DNA of 20,554 nucleotides from a virus (Duplodnaviria; Heunggongvirae; Uroviricota; Caudoviricetes): IMG/VR virus record IMGVR_UViG_2541047172_000030; one strand, 5' to 3'. Shown piece by piece: positions 15,956 to 20,554 of this stretch (position 1 is its first letter; each line of letters starts with the position of its first letter). The notes under the pieces were generated by a model. It saw only the letters and a program-made list of their open reading frames with translations, ran no database searches and was not told where the DNA came from. The position numbers and the translations under genes were made by a program.

Positions 15956-17995
15956 ATGACGTCCAAATGGGTTCAACTATCATCAATGCCCGGAAACTTT
16001 ACTGTTAAAGTTTCCGGTGGTACAGCGGCATTTCTTGAGGCTCCCTTTCCTCCGGCCGAAACAAAAGGAGGAATGACATTTGCTGACTGTCTCATCAGTT
16101 TTAATACACGGGATTGCCTGTGGGTAAGGCCAGTATCCGGTGATCCGAGTGTGGAAATTACCGGAGCGGGTATTGGTGCGGTCATTCCGTTAAGTGCTGA
16201 TGTTGCCGGTACTGCTGAACCGTCAGACTGGGATAATGCTGAAACACATACCCGTCCGTCAGGAAATGAAACTGCTTCCAGCTCCCCTTCCTGGTATTAC
16301 GTGGTGGTTCTTGCTGGTCAGTCAAACGGTATGGCTTACGGTGAAGGTCTGCCACTGCCGGAGACATATGACCGCCCCGAACCGCGTATTATGCAGTTAG
16401 CCCGTCGCAGTACAGTCACGCCGGGAGGTAAAGCCTGTCAGTATAACGACATCATTCTGGCCGACCACTGTCTGCATGATGTGCAGGATATGAGTGGAAA
16501 AAATCACCCGAAAGCGGATGTGGCTAAAGGGCAATATGGCACCGTGGGTCAGGGGCTTCACATTGCCAAAAAACTGCTGCCGTTTATTCCGGCAGATGCG
16601 GGGATTCTGCTGGTTCCCTGCTGCCGTGGTGGTTCTGCATTCACGGCGGGTGCTGACGGCACGTACAGTGACAGCACGGGTGCTTCAGAGGACTCAGCCC
16701 GCTGGGGTGTGGATAAGCCGCTGTATAAGGACTTAATCAGCCGGACAAAAGCGGCACTGGCGAAGAACCCGAAAAACCGCCTGCTTGCTGTGGTGTGGAT
16801 GCAGGGCGAGTTTGATATTGATGCGAAGCCGACGGAGCATTCCGCGCTGTTTCTGGCGATGGTGGAAAAATTCCGCGCAGACCTGGCTGAACAGGCGGAA
16901 CAGTGTACCGGTGGCAGTGCTGCTGGCGTTCCGTGGATTTGTGGCGATACCACGTATTTCTGGAAACAGAAAAATGAACCGGCATACCAGGCAATCTATG
17001 GCGGCTACAAAAACAAAACAGATAAAAACATTCATTTCGTTCCATTAATGACAGATGAAAATGACGCGAATGTACCCACCAACAATCCGGCAGAAGACCC
17101 GGATATTGAATCCATTGGTTATTACGGCTCAACGTGGCGTAACAGTGCCGCCACCTGGACATCTGCGGACCGGGCCAGCCATTTCAGTTCATGGGCACGT
17201 CGTGGGATTATTTCCGACCGTCTGGCCACGGCAGTTCTGACTCATGCGGGGCGAACCACAGTAAAAGCCGATGTTCCATCTTCTGAAACTGAAGCACCAG
17301 TGCCGTCACCTTCAGAAACTGAAGCAGTAACCACAACACTGCTGTCTTATCGTGTCAGTGAGTCAGAAGGAAATCTGAAAGCCCAGGGCTGGGAGCCGGC
17401 TGGCGGTAAAGCTGAAATTATCAGTGATGCAGGAGGCACAGGTGGTAAGGCAATGAAACTGACCAAGGAAACAGGTAAATCATCTTGGTATCTGGATCAT
17501 GATGCCGGTACTGGTGCTGAACTGCTGAAAAATGGTGGTTTAATCAGTTGTCGTTTTAAAGTACCTGGCGACCTGGTGGCAAACCAGTATGTCATGGGGC
17601 TTTACTGGCCGGTTTCCTCTCTGCCGCAGGGTGTCACCCTGACAGGGGATGCAGGGAATAATCTGCTGGCATCGTTCTACATCCAGACAGACGCAAAAGA
17701 CCTGAATGTGATGTACCACAATGCAAAAGTGGCAACAAATAACCAGAAACTGGGAACCTTTGGTGCATTTGATAATGAATGGCATACGCTGGCCTTCCGT
17801 TTTGCAGGAAATAACAGCCTTCAGGTTATTCCGGTTATTGATGGTCAGGATGGTGCCGCGTTTACCCTGACGCAGTCACCAGTAGGAACTTTCCCGGTGG
17901 ACAAACTCCGCGTAACGGATATCACAAAAAATGCAACTTACCCGGTGCTGATTGACAGCATTGTGGTGGAAGTGAAAAAAGCGGTAACAGAATAA
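15956..17995 (+). CDS. Cargo gene: SGNH-hydrolase / sialate O-acetylesterase-like protein (DUF303/SASA-type, NanS-p-like) with C-terminal lectin-like domain
   Basis: 679-aa ORF with a GQSN-type nucleophile block (VVVLAGQSNGMAYGEG), a Gly block (LLVPCCRGGSAFTAG), WMQGEFD and a D-x-x-H block (SADRASHFSSW). Pro/Ser/Thr linker (PSSETEAPVPSPSETEA) precedes a ~220-aa beta-rich C-terminal domain. Weak ribosome-binding site. Sits between invertase and com, where Mu has no gene. Confidence 0.6.
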   Translation: MTSKWVQLSSMPGNFTVKVSGGTAAFLEAPFPPAETKGGMTFADCLISFNTRDCLWVRPVSGDPSVEITGAGIGAVIPLSADVAGTAEPSDWDNAETHTRPSGNETASSSPSWYYVVVLAGQSNGMAYGEGLPLPETYDRPEPRIMQLARRSTVTPGGKACQYNDIILADHCLHDVQDMSGKNHPKADVAKGQYGTVGQGLHIAKKLLPFIPADAGILLVPCCRGGSAFTAGADGTYSDSTGASEDSARWGVDKPLYKDLISRTKAALAKNPKNRLLAVVWMQGEFDIDAKPTEHSALFLAMVEKFRADLAEQAEQCTGGSAAGVPWICGDTTYFWKQKNEPAYQAIYGGYKNKTDKNIHFVPLMTDENDANVPTNNPAEDPDIESIGYYGSTWRNSAATWTSADRASHFSSWARRGIISDRLATAVLTHAGRTTVKADVPSSETEAPVPSPSETEAVTTTLLSYRVSESEGNLKAQGWEPAGGKAEIISDAGGTGGKAMKLTKETGKSSWYLDHDAGTGAELLKNGGLISCRFKVPGDLVANQYVMGLYWPVSSLPQGVTLTGDAGNNLLASFYIQTDAKDLNVMYHNAKVATNNQKLGTFGAFDNEWHTLAFRFAGNNSLQVIPVIDGQDGAAFTLTQSPVGTFPVDKLRVTDITKNATYPVLIDSIVVEVKKAVTE

Positions 17996-18000
17996 AAAAA

Positions 18001-18029
18001 TCCCGCCGGTCATGATATGGCTGGCGGGA
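18001..18029. terminator. Hairpin flanked by an A7 run; reads as an intrinsic terminator on the minus strand, possibly bidirectional
   Basis: T-CCCGCCGG / CTGGCGGG-A stem with 11-nt loop, directly after AATAAAAAAA (17991-18000). On the minus strand the hairpin is followed by a T7 run. Located 6 nt after the esterase stop. Confidence 0.35.
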
Positions 18030-18141
18030 GCTACCTAACCCATAAAGGAAAATAAAAATACTCCCGAAGGAGTGGTTATCAGTCGCTTCGATGTTTTTAC
18101 CCGATAACGAATTATGTAGTCAATATCAAAGGTAAGGTTAT

Positions 18142-18324
18142 ATGACATTCGTTCATACAATGCTGCTTTATTTCTGCGCTGTGGTCAGTGCGTTATATCT
18201 GGTGAGCGGTGGTTATAAGGTCATCAGAAATTATATTCGCCGTAAAATTGATGATGCGGCAGCTGAAAAACTCAGTAAAACAGCACAGGCACCGTCATCC
18301 CCAAACGACCCGACCCCGCTCTGA
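18142..18324 (+). CDS. Small hypothetical membrane protein (60 aa, single predicted transmembrane helix)
   Basis: ATG preceded by AAAGGTAAGG. Hydrophobic stretch LLYFCAVVSALYLVSGG followed by a basic/acidic tail. No recognisable family. Confidence 0.4.
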   Translation: MTFVHTMLLYFCAVVSALYLVSGGYKVIRNYIRRKIDDAAAEKLSKTAQAPSSPNDPTPL

Positions 18325-18359
18325 TAACGGGGCAATATACCTGCAAAAGGAGAATATTC

Positions 18360-18605
18360 ATGCCAGAGATTAAAGGCACGGTTACTGAAGAGCTTGTCAA
18401 ACAGGCACTTTATTCTGAAGAAGTGAACCGCGTGCTGAAGGCGCAGGTTCGCAAGGATTTTGAGGCACAAATCGACGCATATGTTGATGAAGTGCTGGCC
18501 CGAATGGTTGGCCGTTCTCCGGCTGAAAACAGCACGGAAAATGATCCTCAACCCGTAGAGCAACCAGAGCCGGTTCAGCCCGGAACTGACGGTACTATGA
18601 TGTAA
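18360..18605 (+). CDS. Small hypothetical acidic protein (81 aa)
   Basis: Strong AAAGGAG site 8 nt upstream of the ATG. Helical-looking Glu/Lys-rich N-terminal half and acidic Pro/Gln/Glu tail. A GC-rich hairpin (18615-18634) follows the stop. Confidence 0.5.
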   Translation: MPEIKGTVTEELVKQALYSEEVNRVLKAQVRKDFEAQIDAYVDEVLARMVGRSPAENSTENDPQPVEQPEPVQPGTDGTMM

Positions 18606-18923
18606 CAATACCGACCGGCAGGTTTCCCTGCCGGGTGAGTTTGTTAATGCACGTTTTGTGTATTTTCCCTCCTGGGAGAACAGGCAGGACATATCAGCAT
18701 CCTGAAACAGGAAGCATTTTTGGGTTTGTATGTCTTGCCATTTTGAGATCGAGAACGGCGATAGATGAGCTGTAAGGGAGTCTTACAGGCAGGGCAAACA
18801 GGCTCTTTCATCCATGATAAAGATCTCCTTTTTATGCATCTCTGCTTTACAGGAGACCGGGGAATATCATAGGATACGCCACGAGCTCGAAGTAAAGCAT
18901 TGATGCAAGTTTTTACAGATTGA

Positions 18924-18960
18924 CCCAGCATAGTTCCAGCTATGCTGGGTTTCACTTTTA
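18924..18960 (+). terminator. Rho-independent terminator (10-bp perfect stem CCCAGCATAG/CTATGCTGGG, 6-nt loop, then TTTCACTTTTAT)
   Basis: Perfect inverted repeat followed by a T-rich tract on the + strand only. Confidence 0.55.
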
Positions 18961-19154
18961 TGTAGTATCCTGTTGATTTGAAACATACTACATATACGCG
19001 TGATCCTACCTTCACTGTATAAAAAGTCAATAAAATGATCATTTTATGATCGTTTTCACCACCTAACTCTTCGTTTTCTTTAAGTAAATAATCACCTCCC
19101 TGAATCATTGTTGATGACTTTTCAATCTATTTGTTGTATCAATTAAACAAATCG

Positions 19155-19179
19155 AATCGATCGTTTTTGTCGATCGATT
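19155..19179. promoter_or_regulatory. Perfect 9-bp inverted repeat AATCGATCG-N7-CGATCGATT containing two GATC (Dam) sites, about 45 bp upstream of com
   Basis: Read directly from the sequence. Its position upstream of com-mom recalls the Dam-methylation-dependent control region of the Mu mom operon. Confidence 0.45.
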
Positions 19180-19222
19180 GCATGAGAAAGGCATCAACAA
19201 CAAAGCAGGAGGTTATGCGGTC

Positions 19223-19423
19223 ATGTATCGAAACATACGGTGCCGACACTGCAATAAGCTACTGGCACGGGCCAGTTTCAGTTATCTGGAAGTAAAATGT
19301 CCGCGCTGTAAAACCCTCAATCAAATCACATCTCCGAGCGCCACAGAGCACCCCACATACACAAGGAAATCCTGTCGTGGGGAACAGAAAGCAAGTCACA
19401 TCCCGAATCATCAGCACGCCTGA
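19223..19423 (+). CDS. com: Com: zinc-finger translational activator of mom
   Basis: The ATG at 19223 has AGGAGG 10 nt upstream; ORF-track entry 19178-19423 begins at an upstream TTG. The 66-aa product [35 protein letters not shown]... aligns with Mu Com (IRCKNCNKLL...IRCPRCK...) including both Cys pairs (recollection). Overlaps the mom start. Confidence 0.8.
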   Translation: MYRNIRCRHCNKLLARASFSYLEVKCPRCKTLNQITSPSATEHPTYTRKSCRGEQKASHIPNHQHA

Positions 19424-20114
19424 ACTTATTCGCTATAACGACAATATCGTTGGTTATGGCTCCCGTGAGTTGCGGGTTGAGACAATAAGTTGCTGGCTGG
19501 CCAGACTGGTCATCGTCAATAAACATTACAGCCACCGTTTCGTAAATAACTCCTACCTTCATCTGGGCATATTTTCAGAACGGGAACTTGTTGGCGTAAT
19601 GCAATGGGGTTACGCCCTTAACCCAAACAGTGGTGCACGCGTCGTAACGGGTACGCAGAACCGAGAATATATGGAGCTTAACCGGCTATGGCTGCATGAC
19701 TGTATGCCGAGAAACTCCGAATCAAGGGCAATCAGTTACGCGCTCAAGCTAATCAGGCAGCTTTATCCGCAGGTACAGTGGGTTCAGTCGTTTGCAGATG
19801 AGCGTTGTGGCTGTCTTGGTGTCGTGTATCAGGCAAGCAATTTTGATTATGTAGGCAGCCATGAATCAATATTCTATGAACTTGATGGCGAGTGGTATCA
19901 CGAGATTTGCAGGAATGCCATTAAACGAGGCGGACAACGAGGTGAACATCTGAGGGCTAATATTGACAGAGCCAGTGTTCATAAGTTCCGACAGTTTCGT
20001 TACATCCGGTTTCTGAACAAGAGGGCCAGAAAACGCCTCAACACAAAGCTATTCAAAGTCCAGCCTTACCCAAAACCACAAACAGTTAAAACTGGTTTGA
20101 AAGAGAGTGAATGA
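19377..20114 (+). CDS. mom: Mom-like DNA modification protein (adenine modification, anti-restriction)
   Basis: 245-aa ORF starting at a GTG with AAGGAA upstream, overlapping the 3' end of com by 47 nt in another frame. It is the last phage gene before the end repeats, as in Mu. Assignment rests mainly on synteny with com. Confidence 0.7.
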   Translation: MGNRKQVTSRIISTPELIRYNDNIVGYGSRELRVETISCWLARLVIVNKHYSHRFVNNSYLHLGIFSERELVGVMQWGYALNPNSGARVVTGTQNREYMELNRLWLHDCMPRNSESRAISYALKLIRQLYPQVQWVQSFADERCGCLGVVYQASNFDYVGSHESIFYELDGEWYHEICRNAIKRGGQRGEHLRANIDRASVHKFRQFRYIRFLNKRARKRLNTKLFKVQPYPKPQTVKTGLKESE

Positions 20115-20158
20115 GCGCTTAAAAACTCATTCTAAAACTCAAAAGAAAAGCGCCGATT

Positions 20159-20226
20159 TAGTATCAAATAAGTTGCGTATCGGCGTTTTTCAGCGGTATC
20201 AAATGAAATGCAAATCGGTATCAAAA
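20159..20226 (+). repeat. Three direct repeats of GTATCA(AA) with G/C-rich left flanks: candidate transposase-binding sites at the prophage right end
   Basis: GTATCAAA occurs at 20161-20168, 20196-20203 and 20218-20225. They lie immediately downstream of mom, where Mu carries its three right-end MuA-binding sites; the last copy ends in CA at 20222-20223. Confidence 0.4.
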
Positions 20227-20554
20227 AAATCGCCGCGCTATAACCGGTTCGCTATTCCTGACCTATGACATTCATAACATGCCAGGCAATAACACACTGA
20301 CGTTTGGCGGTGGTGGACATTGCGTAAGCCGTCGTTCGGCAACCAATGGGGCTGACTATTATCTGCCAGGCTATTTCGTTGCCGATGCCTTCGCCGCATA
20401 CAAAATGAAATTGCAGTATCCGGTCACACTGCAATTAAACGTCAAAAACCTGTTTGATAAAACGTATTACACCTCTTCCATCGCCACAAATAATCTGGGG
20501 AATCAGATTGGCGATCCGCGTGAAGTGCAATTCACGGTGAAAATGGAATTTTGA
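20224..20554 (+). pseudogene. 3' fragment of a TonB-dependent outer-membrane receptor gene (host), truncated at its 5' side by the prophage
   Basis: Frame open from 20207 to the stop at 20552-20554; the ORF track reports 20279-20554 from an internal Met. Product ends ...LQLNVKNLFDKTYYTSSIATNNLGNQIGDPREVQFTVKMEF with the terminal aromatic residue typical of beta-barrel receptors. About 100 aa remain, far short of a ~700-aa receptor. Confidence 0.6.

Larger units (their letters stand above)
1..20223 (+). mobile_element. Mu-like transposable prophage, right-hand (late gene) portion; right boundary inferred near 20223
   Basis: Gene order matches Mu late region: protease/scaffold, major head, sheath, tube, chaperone, tape measure, N, P, baseplate genes, tail fibre S, tfa, Gin-type invertase, com, mom. 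Three direct GTATCA(AA) repeats at 20161-20225 and a host-like gene fragment follow. Left boundary is outside the window; right boundary is not exactly determined. Confidence 0.7.

Noticed and set aside
18231-18692. 153-aa minus-strand ORF overlapping both small plus-strand ORFs
   Set aside because: Antisense-like composition, whereas the plus-strand ORFs have good ribosome-binding sites; kept the plus-strand interpretation.
18644-19108. 154-aa minus-strand ORF spanning the AT-rich region before com, with two CPAC motifs near its C-terminus
   Set aside because: It runs across a strong plus-strand terminator and the putative regulatory repeats, has no convincing ribosome-binding site and a low-complexity N-terminal half. 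A short real zinc-ribbon ORF at its 3' end cannot be excluded but is unsupported.
19178-19222. ORF-track start of com at the TTG at 19178
   Set aside because: That start lies inside the GATC palindrome and lacks a ribosome-binding site. The ATG at 19223 has AGGAGG at the right spacing and gives a Com-sized 66-aa protein.
1-20554. Searched for tRNA, rRNA and CRISPR arrays and for a dedicated anti-phage defence operon
   Set aside because: No cloverleaf-like or spacer-repeat structure was recognised by eye. The only non-structural modules found are the invertase switch, the esterase-like cargo gene with two small ORFs, and com-mom.

Overview
This window is the late (structural) half and right end of a Mu-like transposable prophage from an enterobacterial genome, read left to right on the + strand. 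It runs through head protease/scaffold and major head genes, a block of head-tail joining genes, tail sheath, tail tube, tail assembly chaperone, tape measure, DNA-circularization protein and five baseplate genes, then the tail fibre. The tail-fibre gene is split by a Gin-type inversion site: a ~1.4 kb invertible segment carries the expressed variable C-terminus, one convergent tail-fibre-assembly gene and a promoterless alternate C-terminal cassette, followed by a Gin/Pin/Cin-family serine invertase. Between the invertase and com-mom lies ~3.3 kb of apparent cargo: a 679-aa SGNH/sialate-O-acetylesterase-like protein, two small ORFs and an AT-rich regulatory region. The com-mom module (zinc-finger translational activator plus DNA-modification protein) follows, preceded by a GATC-containing palindrome. 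The last ~330 bp look like host DNA: the 3' end of a TonB-dependent outer-membrane receptor gene that the prophage appears to have interrupted, just after three direct GTATCA(AA) repeats. All calls rest on reading the translated ORFs, gene order and motifs by eye; no database search or computation was run, so family assignments are recollection-based.
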